Under the pieces are notes generated by a model that saw only the letters and a list, made by a program, of their open reading frames with translations, was not told where the DNA came from and searched no databases. From a virus (lineage: Duplodnaviria; Caudoviricetes), in IMG/VR virus record IMGVR_UViG_3300031772_000048, positions 1 to 52,738 of that record: a stretch of 52,738 nt of DNA; one strand, 5' to 3'. The stretch's first letter is position 1. Each line of letters opens with the position of its first letter. A program made the translations under genes and the position numbers. This document shows, piece after piece, positions 19,294 to 29,322 of this stretch.

Positions 19294-21282
19294 ATGCCAG
19301 CTCCTAAGTCTTCTAAAAAACCCACTGTAGAAATGCCTTCCAAAAAACAATTGGATGAGCTTATTCGTCCATATTCGGATGAAGAATTATCTACTGTTGA
19401 TTTAGAAGATAAAATCAAAAATTTGATGGATTTTTTTGGTCAAAAAGCTGTTAATCATAAAAAAGAACTTCAAGAAGAATACTTATCTTCTCTGACTGAA
19501 AAAAAAGCATATCCTAATTATGACCAGTATCAAAACATGCCAGGCCAACATGATATGAAAAAATGGATGTATGCAGTTAAGGACGTTCAGTATAAACAAA
19601 AAGCTGGCTTTCCATATAAAGAGGCTATTAAACATGCCACCTCTGGTTGGCCTAAAATGGAAATCTATGACTTCTTAAACTGGCTCAGATTCCACGAAGA
19701 AGGATCTCATATGAAATACAAGTTTGCACAAGTCTGGTATGAAAATGGACAGCCAGGTTATTTTCTACATGTTAAGAAAGATCCTCCCGTAGAACCAGAA
19801 CCAAAATCTGATGGTGAAACCATTGATAACTCTCGTGAAGAAGATGAGCGTAATGAAGAGAAAAGAAATATTATTGAGAAGCAGCGCTCTAAAATTATTG
19901 GACGTTTAGATTCTGCTGAAAAACTTTTGCGCTCTCCAGATGGTCAACAGTTTGCCGGTGTTGAATTAGAAAACTTAATGGAAGCAATCTATAGTCTTAA
20001 AAAGAAAGTTCAGCTTGTTAACAAGTTGAGTATTTCTACTCGTTTATATGAAGATATGATTGTTCGTGAAGCTAATGTTCTTAGACGCCATGGTTTTGTT
20101 AAAGCTGCCGCTATGTTGTATTCAGTGGCGCAAACCCCAGGACAAGCCGGTCAAGGCGCTACTGGAACTACAGATGCTGGCGCCATGCCTCCCGCTACTC
20201 CTCCAGCCGATCCATCTGGCGCTGGAAATCCAGGGGCTCCAGGCGGTTTACCTGCCACAGCTCCGGGTGTACCTGATATCAATACTCCAGTAGGGCAAGA
20301 CCAAAATAAAAGTCAGCCTCCAGCTGTCGCAATTATGGAGGGAGGAAATGCACCAACTGGTACCGCACAATCTACTCCAGCAATTGTTCCACAAGAGCCG
20401 CCTCAACCTAAAGGAATTAAAGAGTTCATTCAAAATATGAACGAGGGAAACAAGACTGATAATACTGAAGCGGATGACGATTTAGAAGTAATTGATGAAT
20501 TAAATGTAGAAGACCCTGAAGAGATGTTGATGGTAACAGAAGCTCAAACACTTCCTATTGCACCACCTGGTCCCCCTGCAGCTGCTTTAGAAGATGTCCC
20601 AATGACAGACTCTCCGGCTCCCGAAAGAAATCCGCCAGCTTTCATTCCTACTGTCGAAGATAAGCCAAAAAAACCAAAAGGTGCAGTCGAAGACGAGCCA
20701 CTAGAAGTAACAGAAGATGATATCCCAACTCCTGGTGGCGATCAAGCGACCTCAACTCCATCAAATTTTGATGCTCAAGTAGATAACGCATTTAAGAATG
20801 CTACTATAGCTGATGTTGTAGCGGAGCTAGAAGACATTTCTAAAGATTATAAAACTAGAAAACAACCAAGAAGACTTAATAAAGTTGACATGATGTTGGA
20901 TAGTTTGGGCCTCGCCTCTATGTTTCCATCACTTGCTGAAGCTCAAAACAAAGCATTAGAATCTAATAACTATATTTCTTCTCGTGTTGATGATATTTTG
21001 TCTAAGTTACGAGGCGCTATGGCTAGTCAAGAAAAAATAGAGGCGCCGTCTCCTGAAAGGCCCGAAGTTACTGGTATTAAAAACAAGCTTCAAGATGATC
21101 AAGAAAAAGAACTCAAGCGTAAGCAAATGAGAAAAGAACAAGAAGCTTCTGAACTAGAAGGAGGCGCAGGCAAAGAAACCCCAGAAGTAGAAATGGGAGA
21201 GTTGGGTGCTCCAGCCGCCCCAGCACCTCCAGCTCCTCCAGCCGCCCCAGCTAGAGCGCCTGTTCCAAAACCATTGGGCTAA
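19294..21282 (+). CDS. Large Pro/acidic-rich putative internal head protein
   Basis: 662 aa with EKKA, YKFA and LEV motifs, a targeting-like helix and Pro-Ala linkers. Confidence 0.7.
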   Translation: MPAPKSSKKPTVEMPSKKQLDELIRPYSDEELSTVDLEDKIKNLMDFFGQKAVNHKKELQEEYLSSLTEKKAYPNYDQYQNMPGQHDMKKWMYAVKDVQYKQKAGFPYKEAIKHATSGWPKMEIYDFLNWLRFHEEGSHMKYKFAQVWYENGQPGYFLHVKKDPPVEPEPKSDGETIDNSREEDERNEEKRNIIEKQRSKIIGRLDSAEKLLRSPDGQQFAGVELENLMEAIYSLKKKVQLVNKLSISTRLYEDMIVREANVLRRHGFVKAAAMLYSVAQTPGQAGQGATGTTDAGAMPPATPPADPSGAGNPGAPGGLPATAPGVPDINTPVGQDQNKSQPPAVAIMEGGNAPTGTAQSTPAIVPQEPPQPKGIKEFIQNMNEGNKTDNTEADDDLEVIDELNVEDPEEMLMVTEAQTLPIAPPGPPAAALEDVPMTDSPAPERNPPAFIPTVEDKPKKPKGAVEDEPLEVTEDDIPTPGGDQATSTPSNFDAQVDNAFKNATIADVVAELEDISKDYKTRKQPRRLNKVDMMLDSLGLASMFPSLAEAQNKALESNNYISSRVDDILSKLRGAMASQEKIEAPSPERPEVTGIKNKLQDDQEKELKRKQMRKEQEASELEGGAGKETPEVEMGELGAPAAPAPPAPPAAPARAPVPKPLG

Positions 21283-21294
21283 CAAAGAAGATGA

Positions 21295-22068
21295 ATGAAA
21301 CTCCGACAACTGCTTCTAGAAATGAAGAAAGTACAAGAAGAAATAGGCGCCTCGCAGCCCTATATTTGTGGAGGCACGCCTAGAGACAAGTACATGGGCA
21401 AATTAGAAAATATAGCTGATTTAGATATTACTACCGGTGATAAAACAGTAGATTATCTTTCGCAAGAATTCTATTTGGAATTTCGCAAGAAATATAATGT
21501 CACCAGAAAAACTATGGAAGATGGACACAGCTCTATCTTTGTTGGTACTTTAAAAGTAGATTTTTCTTCTAATTTTATGGTTAACAATATTGATCGCATT
21601 CTGCAACAAATGGGCATGGCAAATCCTAATAACATGCAAAGAGAAATGTTCAGTAGAGATTTTACCTGCAACTCTCTATTACTAACTGTAGACCTTAAAA
21701 AGATATTAGATCCAACCAAACATGGATTTCAAGATATTAAAGATCGCAAAATTAAAACTTGTCTATCTCCTGAAATTACATTAACATCAAATAGAAATAG
21801 AGTTGTTAGGGCCATTTATTTAGCTTGCAAATTAGATTTTGATGTAGACCATGCAATTATTGATTATGTAAGTAAGAATCCTCAAACTGTTAAAATTTCA
21901 ACAGAAAAATCTATGACAGAAAAGCTAAATGACGCTTTCACTAGAGATGCCGATAGAGCGGCCAGCCTTGTCACTAGGATGAATTTATGGAATTATATTC
22001 CGGTTACTGAAAAAGTGTATCCATATTATATGCGACATACTAAGGGGAAAGCAAATGTCATTAAATAA
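21295..22068 (+). CDS. CCA-adding / poly(A) polymerase family nucleotidyltransferase
   Basis: GGTPRD, DLDITT, RDFTCNSL, DPTKHGFQDI; motif D reads SNRNR instead of EDxxR. Confidence 0.85.
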   Translation: MKLRQLLLEMKKVQEEIGASQPYICGGTPRDKYMGKLENIADLDITTGDKTVDYLSQEFYLEFRKKYNVTRKTMEDGHSSIFVGTLKVDFSSNFMVNNIDRILQQMGMANPNNMQREMFSRDFTCNSLLLTVDLKKILDPTKHGFQDIKDRKIKTCLSPEITLTSNRNRVVRAIYLACKLDFDVDHAIIDYVSKNPQTVKISTEKSMTEKLNDAFTRDADRAASLVTRMNLWNYIPVTEKVYPYYMRHTKGKANVIK

Positions 22069-23158
22069 AAAAGGATATTTCCAAGGTGGAGGCGGCGTCA
22101 ATGAACCAACACCCGGTGAAAAGAAATACAAATCTGACCCGGCCTTGGTTGTTCAGCCTCGTTTCAAAGAACCATTTTATCGCAACTACGATTTGTATAC
22201 AATTCCGGGCATGGAAGACATCGGCCCCGGCACGGGATACCACGGCCTACAAGGTTATAATTCAGTCTCGGAATTTCTAGAAGCGCGCAGAGAGAGACTG
22301 AAGCCTCGCTACGTGGCCGACGATTCATGGCAGCTCGATAGCGGTAAGCGTACCAAGGAAAATCCTGGGATTAAAGCACGAGCAGCTATTTTTGAAAGAA
22401 TAATCAAGACGGCCAGAATGCCTGGTATGGGTTTGTATCACTCTTTGCAAAGAAAATTTGGCCCCATAAATAGATGCGGCTTTTGTGGAAAATCGAAAAT
22501 TGATGTTACTTTTGATTGTGAACACTGCGGTAAAGGCGGCCCCGTCGTTAGAAAAAAAGCTGGCCCAAACTACGATTTGGGTAAAGGGCTATACCAAGAG
22601 ATGAGTGATGGCAAAGTTAATAGTGTAGAAGAATTTAGGGAAGAAGGCAACCATGGCCCTAGCGCCTTAATGAATGTTAAAAAGAAAGACGTTAATCATA
22701 TTGATTTCCCAATTGATGATGAAATTAATCATGATAGTATGATCTATCCTATAGAAGATGAATATGAAATAAGAAGAGAAAAAGGAGATAGATATCAGTT
22801 TCCGTCAGATGGCTCTTCTTTAGACCCGGAAGATTTGAATATTTCAATGACTAGCCCACAAATTGCTGGAGAGCACTCAAATTTACCAGAGCCAGATTTT
22901 GCAGGGCGTTCAGATGAAGCTCTTAATTTTGGAAGAGATTATGACGACGAGCCAGGTCCGGGTCGCCAGACTGCCGATGAAGTTCTCCAAAATCTTTTTA
23001 ATAAGTACTTATCCCCAAATGAGAGTGGACTATTTGGGCTTCCAGATGGCGTAGACCCAGAAGGCCATGACGCAGATCAAACTGAACAGGTTGAGCAGCC
23101 ATTTACTGGTAAATCCGACATAGGTACGGATATGTATGATGATAAATGGAATATCTAA
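22055..23158 (+). CDS. Putative internal head polyprotein
   Basis: Begins NKKG-YFQGGGGVNEPTPG (shared with the protease/scaffold); CGFC..CEHC Zn ribbon; acidic C-terminus. Confidence 0.7.
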   Translation: MSLNKKGYFQGGGGVNEPTPGEKKYKSDPALVVQPRFKEPFYRNYDLYTIPGMEDIGPGTGYHGLQGYNSVSEFLEARRERLKPRYVADDSWQLDSGKRTKENPGIKARAAIFERIIKTARMPGMGLYHSLQRKFGPINRCGFCGKSKIDVTFDCEHCGKGGPVVRKKAGPNYDLGKGLYQEMSDGKVNSVEEFREEGNHGPSALMNVKKKDVNHIDFPIDDEINHDSMIYPIEDEYEIRREKGDRYQFPSDGSSLDPEDLNISMTSPQIAGEHSNLPEPDFAGRSDEALNFGRDYDDEPGPGRQTADEVLQNLFNKYLSPNESGLFGLPDGVDPEGHDADQTEQVEQPFTGKSDIGTDMYDDKWNI

Positions 23159-23166
23159 AACTAACT

Positions 23167-23200
23167 ATTATCATTGCATACAACCGCATATAATCATATA
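23167..23200 (+). promoter_or_regulatory. Tandem late-promoter-like boxes with 10-bp period
   Basis: ATTA-N6-CATA-N6-CATA-N6-TATA. Confidence 0.55.
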
Positions 23201-23227
23201 AAGAAAGCACTCCCAGAGGTACCTTAA

Positions 23228-24169
23228 ATGACTTTACAATCCAGAGCACAAGAGCTATTTGTCATAGACCCAATCTCTCCGGCCTCCCAATTGCCGGCCA
23301 GCGACGAGAATTTTGTGTCCGCAATACCTCCACACCACGAGTATGAAGGCGAAGAGCAATTGATGAGTACAGGCCCAATTGAAGTAAATGAAGATGTTGA
23401 CATCGAATTGGTAGTAGATGAGCTTCCCGGTGCCCCGCCAGGCACTAAAGACCCAGAACTTGAGGTCCATGAAGAACCACTTCATGTTGAAGAAAAAGAA
23501 GATGCCAATGATGCTAAGAAAAGCAAAGATAGTGGCAAGAATGAAAAATGGGATTGGTCAAAACATGGCCCTCATGGATTTGCAGCTTGGATTAAAGTTA
23601 GGTTAGAGGACGTTCCAAAGCACTCTGGTTATGATTCAGCCGGCCTCGAACGCGCCATGGCTTACATGGAAAAACTAGATAGTGAAATTTCCAAGGCTAT
23701 GAGAATGGATTTGGATGGCGAATTAGATGCCAATCAAATTGAAAAAGTTCGCTCAGAATTAGATGAAGGCCTTTCTAGATTACAATCTCGTCTTGAAAAA
23801 GTTAAAGACTCTAAAAAATCTTCTCGTAAAAAGAAGAAGGCAGAATATGTTGTGGATGAAGATGGGTTCGTCAAAGAAGCTCAAAAAATTATGGGCGTAC
23901 AAGGCGTTTACATTACAGTCCCATTACTTATTGCTAGACTTGCTCGTATTTGTGTAAATGGTACAGTTTCTGCTGGCCATGATATTGAAGATCTATATGG
24001 TCGTCAAGTAAAGAAATTTGCTCTTAATGATCGTGAGCAAGCCGAATTAATGCAGCTTTTATTTGATATGGGCTACCCACTACGTCAAGATCGTGGCTTC
24101 ATGCCAGATGATGACCTCGAAGTATCTGATAGTGATAATATGGATTGGGCAGCTAACTATAGGGCGTAA
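23228..24169 (+). CDS. Putative internal head protein
   Basis: 313 aa; FVKEA, DANDAKK and LEV motifs; SD GAGG. Confidence 0.75.
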   Translation: MTLQSRAQELFVIDPISPASQLPASDENFVSAIPPHHEYEGEEQLMSTGPIEVNEDVDIELVVDELPGAPPGTKDPELEVHEEPLHVEEKEDANDAKKSKDSGKNEKWDWSKHGPHGFAAWIKVRLEDVPKHSGYDSAGLERAMAYMEKLDSEISKAMRMDLDGELDANQIEKVRSELDEGLSRLQSRLEKVKDSKKSSRKKKKAEYVVDEDGFVKEAQKIMGVQGVYITVPLLIARLARICVNGTVSAGHDIEDLYGRQVKKFALNDREQAELMQLLFDMGYPLRQDRGFMPDDDLEVSDSDNMDWAANYRA

Positions 24170-24171
24170 TA

Positions 24172-24807
24172 ATGAGCAAACCATCACGACATCAATCGGT
24201 AATCAATCGACAATCTGATGAAGGTTATAGCGAAGATCATTGGTTGAGACAATTTGAAGATAAGCTACAAAAGACTAGTGTTCAACCACGTGGTCAAAAT
24301 TTGTACGATCAAATTTCTACTATTATGAATAGTAAATCTAAATATCCTTCAGTGCAAGCTGCCGTGGATGATATGATGCACCGTAGTGGTCTCACTGATT
24401 ATTTACAACATGTTAAAATCTCTTCCGATGAAGAGGTTCCCGCCAAATCTAGAAAAACTGCACAACTAAAAGTAGATAGTAAAACTCCAGAGGTTATTAA
24501 GAATAAGCCCAGCATTTTGAATACCCTAGAAAATATTATCAAAGAGTCTAAGGGTAATTTATCAGTACCAACTATTATTAGTCGTTTACGCGCATTACAT
24601 GCTGCCGATATTTCTAATGAGGGAGCTTGGGAAGATGATAAATTGATTCGTTTGGTTAGCAGACTAAACCTACAAGCTAAGACTAGTAACCCTAGCAGCT
24701 ATGATAACTTCAATGATCTAGGCAAAGGCGATCATTCTACCGCTGAACGCGATATTGATCCATCTAATACGGATGCATTTAACGCTTTAATGCCCGCTAG
24801 AATTTAA
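24172..24807 (+). CDS. Putative internal head protein
   Basis: 211 aa; SRKTA and LQKTS motifs. Confidence 0.7.
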   Translation: MSKPSRHQSVINRQSDEGYSEDHWLRQFEDKLQKTSVQPRGQNLYDQISTIMNSKSKYPSVQAAVDDMMHRSGLTDYLQHVKISSDEEVPAKSRKTAQLKVDSKTPEVIKNKPSILNTLENIIKESKGNLSVPTIISRLRALHAADISNEGAWEDDKLIRLVSRLNLQAKTSNPSSYDNFNDLGKGDHSTAERDIDPSNTDAFNALMPARI

Positions 24808-24818
24808 CTCCTTTGCAC

Positions 24819-25370
24819 TTACCCAGCTTGTTTTTCAAGTTCTGGAGGATATTTGAGTGCAAATATTTTGCTGTATTTACAATTGTAACATAGCAACCGT
24901 TGTTTGTCATCTAAAGTTAGAACTATAATACGTTCTTCTTGACATTCTTTACAACAACCACCATGGGTTTTAACCATTTCTGTTTTGTATTTTAACATGT
25001 ACTTACTTTTATATAGTTTATTTCTGTTACAGTTATGACAAACAATTTGGTGCCCAGTCTTTTGTATAATAGTATTGTAAAGATAATTGATATCGCCATT
25101 AATGGTTAATTTGGAGTAATCATCTTCTCCACAAATAATACAAGCATTACCATAAGCCAAGATAACCGCACTTCGTCTCATACGATAGCGGTTATTTTGT
25201 TTTTTAGCGTATTCTGAATCATTCTGATGATGCTTCTTGTCATTTAATTTTCGGCATGGTTTGCAGATATAATAACCTTTATTTTGGTCGTAATTGGCCC
25301 AATTTTTAATGGTTAATGAAATGCCACATTTAGTGCATGCCTTTTTTCTGCGTTTTTTCGTGGAAACCAT
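24819..25370 (-). CDS. Degenerate HNH / Zn-finger homing-endonuclease-like protein
   Basis: CTKC..CKPC, then two YG..C..C.E...L....C.NC repeats lacking the catalytic DH; the only convincing minus-strand gene. Confidence 0.65.
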   Translation of the reverse strand: MVSTKKRRKKACTKCGISLTIKNWANYDQNKGYYICKPCRKLNDKKHHQNDSEYAKKQNNRYRMRRSAVILAYGNACIICGEDDYSKLTINGDINYLYNTIIQKTGHQIVCHNCNRNKLYKSKYMLKYKTEMVKTHGGCCKECQEERIIVLTLDDKQRLLCYNCKYSKIFALKYPPELEKQAG

Positions 25371-25396
25371 TATACTGAATATGCAATCATTTTAGT

Positions 25397-27280
25397 ATGA
25401 GCGCAATAAATGATGATAAAGATTTGTTCATCAAATTAAAAAAACAACTTATGATGTATGACCCTGTGGTTTTTTGTCAGGAATATTTAACACTTGAAGG
25501 AAAGGATTTCACTCTAAGTGGCAATGGATATAAACCGTTTGGTGATATCTATAGATATATTGGCGTCAAAGCTTTAGAGCCAGATTCAAAGCCAGTTATT
25601 ATAGTTAAAGGTCGTCAGGTTGGTGCTACCACCATGGCTAGCGCTTTAGAGATGTATTTCATGGGCTCTGGATTATTTGGAGATGGATTTAGGCCACCCA
25701 TTCGTGTTATTCATGCTTTTCCTCAATTAGAATTAGCTGCAGCCTATTCTAAAACTAAACTCAATCAAATGATTTCTCAGGCCAAAGTTCCTGAAGGCGC
25801 TAAAGAAAGTAAGTCAGGCGCCCGCCCTAAGTCTTACATGCAGCAATTACTTGATCAAACGACCGCGACTAATGATTCTCTTCACTTCAAACAATTTCAA
25901 GGAGGAAACCATTTGTGGGTTGAGTCTACTGGAGTTGACGCTGACCGTATCATGGGCCGTACTGCTGACGTTATCTTTTTTGACGAAGTTCAGAAGACAA
26001 CTGGCCAGGCCATCGGAAATGCTCTTAAAATTTTAACTACCGCCAAATATGGCAGACCAACTCAAGGAGTTCAAGTATATTTTGGAACACCAAGACGCAA
26101 GGGCTCTGATTTCCATAGAATGTGGCAGAAGTCCTCACAACAGTATTATCATTTAGGATGTGAAAATTGTAAAGAACATTTCCCATTATATACGCCCGGT
26201 TCTGATGATTGGCAGAAAATTTGGATTCGTGATAAAATTGTTAAGTGTCCTAAATGTAATTTTGAACAAGATAAGCTGGCGGCTCAAGAACGCGGCAAAT
26301 GGGTAGCCCTCAAAGATAGTCATGATCAAGACTGTGATATGATTGGATTTCATATTAACCAACTTTACATGCCAATGTTTACCAGAGAAGACATTGATAA
26401 AGAGCAGCCAGGTAGACATCCAATTAATACGGAACGCGTTTTTATGAACGAAGTTCTAGGAGAATTTTTTCAGGGTGACTCTAGCCCAATTTCTCCAGAT
26501 GAAATTCGTGATTTGTGTGCTGATAGAGAAAGAAAATTCAGCCCTCGTATTATGCCACCTAAAGGTTTAATTCAGCAGTTTGCTATACTTGGAATCGACT
26601 ATGGCGCCCGATCTGATTTAGAACAGCTAGCAGATCCTGATAGAGTTAAGCCAGCAGGCCAGTCTTATAGTACCGCCGTAGTTTTATTAACAAAAGGGCC
26701 AGGATTGTTGTCTATTGAATTTGCAACTAAATTCAAACGTAATGATATTGAAAGTAAAAAAGGAATTATCGATCAATTAATGAGACAATATAGTATTCAG
26801 TTGGCTGTAGGTGACATTGGATATTCTAATGACTTTTCAGCCATGTTACATAATACTTATGGAGATAGATATCTAGTTTCTCGCGCTCACAATAAGGTTA
26901 ATGATAAAGTAAAATTTAATGTAGATGCTTTTCCTAAAGAATTAGTTTTTGAAAGAGACTATTATATTTCAGAGATGTTTGAACAAATGAAAAAGGGAAT
27001 GATTAGATTTCCTTATGGCGATTATGAAAAAGTGGCTTGGTTAGTTGATCATTGTTCAAGTATGGAGCTAAAACCTTCTATTTCTAAATATGGCGATCAT
27101 ACTATTCATTATGTTAAAGGCGGAACTCCAAACGACGGATTTATGGCCTTGCTAAATGCTTATTTGGCTTATAAGTTTCTAATTACTCGTGGATTTACAA
27201 ATAATAATCCACAAGCACAAACTACCAGAAACATCAACAAACCTATGGTACTTGGTGGATACATGCCGAGGAAGTTTTAA
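25397..27280 (+). CDS. Terminase large subunit (lambda gpA-like)
   Basis: KGRQVGATT Walker A, FFDEVQ Walker B, GTP, CENC..CPKC Zn finger, GIDYG nuclease motif, PNDGFMAL. Confidence 0.92.
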   Translation: MSAINDDKDLFIKLKKQLMMYDPVVFCQEYLTLEGKDFTLSGNGYKPFGDIYRYIGVKALEPDSKPVIIVKGRQVGATTMASALEMYFMGSGLFGDGFRPPIRVIHAFPQLELAAAYSKTKLNQMISQAKVPEGAKESKSGARPKSYMQQLLDQTTATNDSLHFKQFQGGNHLWVESTGVDADRIMGRTADVIFFDEVQKTTGQAIGNALKILTTAKYGRPTQGVQVYFGTPRRKGSDFHRMWQKSSQQYYHLGCENCKEHFPLYTPGSDDWQKIWIRDKIVKCPKCNFEQDKLAAQERGKWVALKDSHDQDCDMIGFHINQLYMPMFTREDIDKEQPGRHPINTERVFMNEVLGEFFQGDSSPISPDEIRDLCADRERKFSPRIMPPKGLIQQFAILGIDYGARSDLEQLADPDRVKPAGQSYSTAVVLLTKGPGLLSIEFATKFKRNDIESKKGIIDQLMRQYSIQLAVGDIGYSNDFSAMLHNTYGDRYLVSRAHNKVNDKVKFNVDAFPKELVFERDYYISEMFEQMKKGMIRFPYGDYEKVAWLVDHCSSMELKPSISKYGDHTIHYVKGGTPNDGFMALLNAYLAYKFLITRGFTNNNPQAQTTRNINKPMVLGGYMPRKF

Positions 27281-27363
27281 GAAAGCATTATAAATACCGA
27301 GCTTTGGACTGATATATCATATTTAGTGTATTAGTGTAGAGGGTATAGTGGAACAGAGGTTAA

Positions 27364-29241
27364 ATGGCTGGCATTAAAAAATCAGGTTTGGGGGATCACC
27401 CATCCTTCTCAGCAAAATTCCTAACGGGCAGATCCACTACTCCGCAAGTTAGTGCTATTATGGCAAATGGTATTTCACAAGAAAGAAGGATTATTCTTTC
27501 TGATGAAGTTGATCAGGGTTATTTTAGAGATGGCACTGGTCCCAATTATAATAAGCTAGCAATGGAAAATTCCGAGACAGCCAATTCTCGTGTAGTATCT
27601 TCCCTTGGAATGAAGAAATTTGGACAGGCAGTTAGCAGCTCAGGCGGTATGTTTCGAGGCATCCATGGAGATTCTGTTAAACAAACTCCTGAAGTTTATT
27701 CCCCACTTTGGCTAAATAGTAATCTTAATCTACCTCGTGACCGTGCTACTATTAACGCGTGGTGCCGTAGTTTTTTTGCATTAAATCCATTCGTACATAA
27801 TGCTGTCAGTTTACATAGCACGTATCCAATTAGTAAGTTATCAATTAAATGTCCAAACAAAGATATCGAAAAATTCTTTGATGATATGATTGAAGAAATT
27901 GATTTAATGAATATTTGTGTACAGATTGCTCAAGAGTATTGGCTTTTGGGAGAAGCATTCGTGTATGCAGAGCTAGATGAAGGTAAAGGTAAGTGGAGCC
28001 GTTTACACATTCAGAATCCAGATTTTATGATTGTAAAACGTACTGTGGTAGCTAGCGAACCTATCATTATGTTACGTCCTGATGAAAATCTTAAGAAAAT
28101 AATTTTCTCTAATCGACCAACTGATATTGAGCAGCGTAAACAATTGAATCAGCACATCATTGATTCTGTTAGACGTGGAGAAAATATTCCACTTGATAAC
28201 TTCCATGTATCTCATTTGGCACGTAGAATTAGCCCTTACGAAATAAGAGGCACTGGTCTTCCAGTCTGTATTTTCCGTCAGTTAATGCTTTTTGATAAAT
28301 TAAGAGAGTCTAAATACGCTCAGTCTGATAATATGATTAATCCTTTGACTTTGGTTAAGATCGGTTCAGCCGATTACAAGCCAACCTTTGCTGATCTAGA
28401 AGCTTGGAGAGGTGTATTCGAAGAAGCTCAATATGATAAGGACTTTAAGATTTTCACTCATGAAGGTGTTGCTGTTGAAAGAGTTGGATGGGGCCAAGGT
28501 ATCTATGATATCTCTGGTGACATTACTCAGCTCATCAAGGAAATCTTCATTGGTTTATTTGTGCCACCAGTTATGATGGATGGCGGCTCTGACACTACTT
28601 ATGCTAATGGTGGCGTTGCTCTTGACGTTCTTCGTCAAAGATATATGCAGTTTCGTAATATGATGTCTACTTGGTTGAAGACTAAAATTTTCGCCCCAAT
28701 TTCTAAGATTCAAGGTTTCTACGATTACTCTGGCGGTGAGAAGCAGCTTATTGTTCCTGAAATTGATTGGAATCATATGAGTTTGTTTGATGCAGGCGAC
28801 TATATTAATAGTTTAGTTACCCTATCTCAAGGACAAGCTGATCAAAAAAGAGTTTCTATTCACACTTTGTATCGTTCTTTGGGACTTGAATATGAAGATG
28901 AAGTACGCAAGATGCGTGAAGAAAATATTCAAAATGCTATTGGTAAGAAAGAAATGGCAGCTTTAGAAGCAATGGATCTTAATTCTCTTCGTGCTTTGGA
29001 TAAAGAAGACGAAATTCCAGAGCCACAAACAGTTCCAGGACAGCCTGAACAACCATTGCCGGGCGAGTCTCCTGGTGGGGCTCCAGGCGGCCTACCAGAC
29101 CTTGGATTGCCGGGCGGTCCTCCTCCAGGGCCTCCAGGCGGCGGTCTTGGCGGACCTCCTCCTCCACCACCACCTTCGGGTGGACCTCCAGGGGGCGGGC
29201 CACCAAGTGGCGCACCTCTACCTCCACCACCAGCCGGATAA
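27364..29241 (+). CDS. Portal protein with Pro/Gly-rich tail
   Basis: Directly after the terminase; NPFVHNAV, EYWLLGEAFVY, H.ARR.SPYE.RG portal-like motifs. Confidence 0.85.
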   Translation: MAGIKKSGLGDHPSFSAKFLTGRSTTPQVSAIMANGISQERRIILSDEVDQGYFRDGTGPNYNKLAMENSETANSRVVSSLGMKKFGQAVSSSGGMFRGIHGDSVKQTPEVYSPLWLNSNLNLPRDRATINAWCRSFFALNPFVHNAVSLHSTYPISKLSIKCPNKDIEKFFDDMIEEIDLMNICVQIAQEYWLLGEAFVYAELDEGKGKWSRLHIQNPDFMIVKRTVVASEPIIMLRPDENLKKIIFSNRPTDIEQRKQLNQHIIDSVRRGENIPLDNFHVSHLARRISPYEIRGTGLPVCIFRQLMLFDKLRESKYAQSDNMINPLTLVKIGSADYKPTFADLEAWRGVFEEAQYDKDFKIFTHEGVAVERVGWGQGIYDISGDITQLIKEIFIGLFVPPVMMDGGSDTTYANGGVALDVLRQRYMQFRNMMSTWLKTKIFAPISKIQGFYDYSGGEKQLIVPEIDWNHMSLFDAGDYINSLVTLSQGQADQKRVSIHTLYRSLGLEYEDEVRKMREENIQNAIGKKEMAALEAMDLNSLRALDKEDEIPEPQTVPGQPEQPLPGESPGGAPGGLPDLGLPGGPPPGPPGGGLGGPPPPPPPSGGPPGGGPPSGAPLPPPPAG

Positions 29242-29322
29242 TGTTTTAAATCCGCCGAATTAGCTCTACTTGTGAATAATTCCACATAGTTTTAGCTATT
29301 ACATTCAGGTAGAGGGTTTTCT

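Noticed and set aside
28929-29285. Gly-rich minus-strand ORF and the other short antisense or alternate-frame ORFs in the track
   Set aside because: They are shadows of low-complexity or codon-biased + strand genes and have no SD or recognisable motifs.
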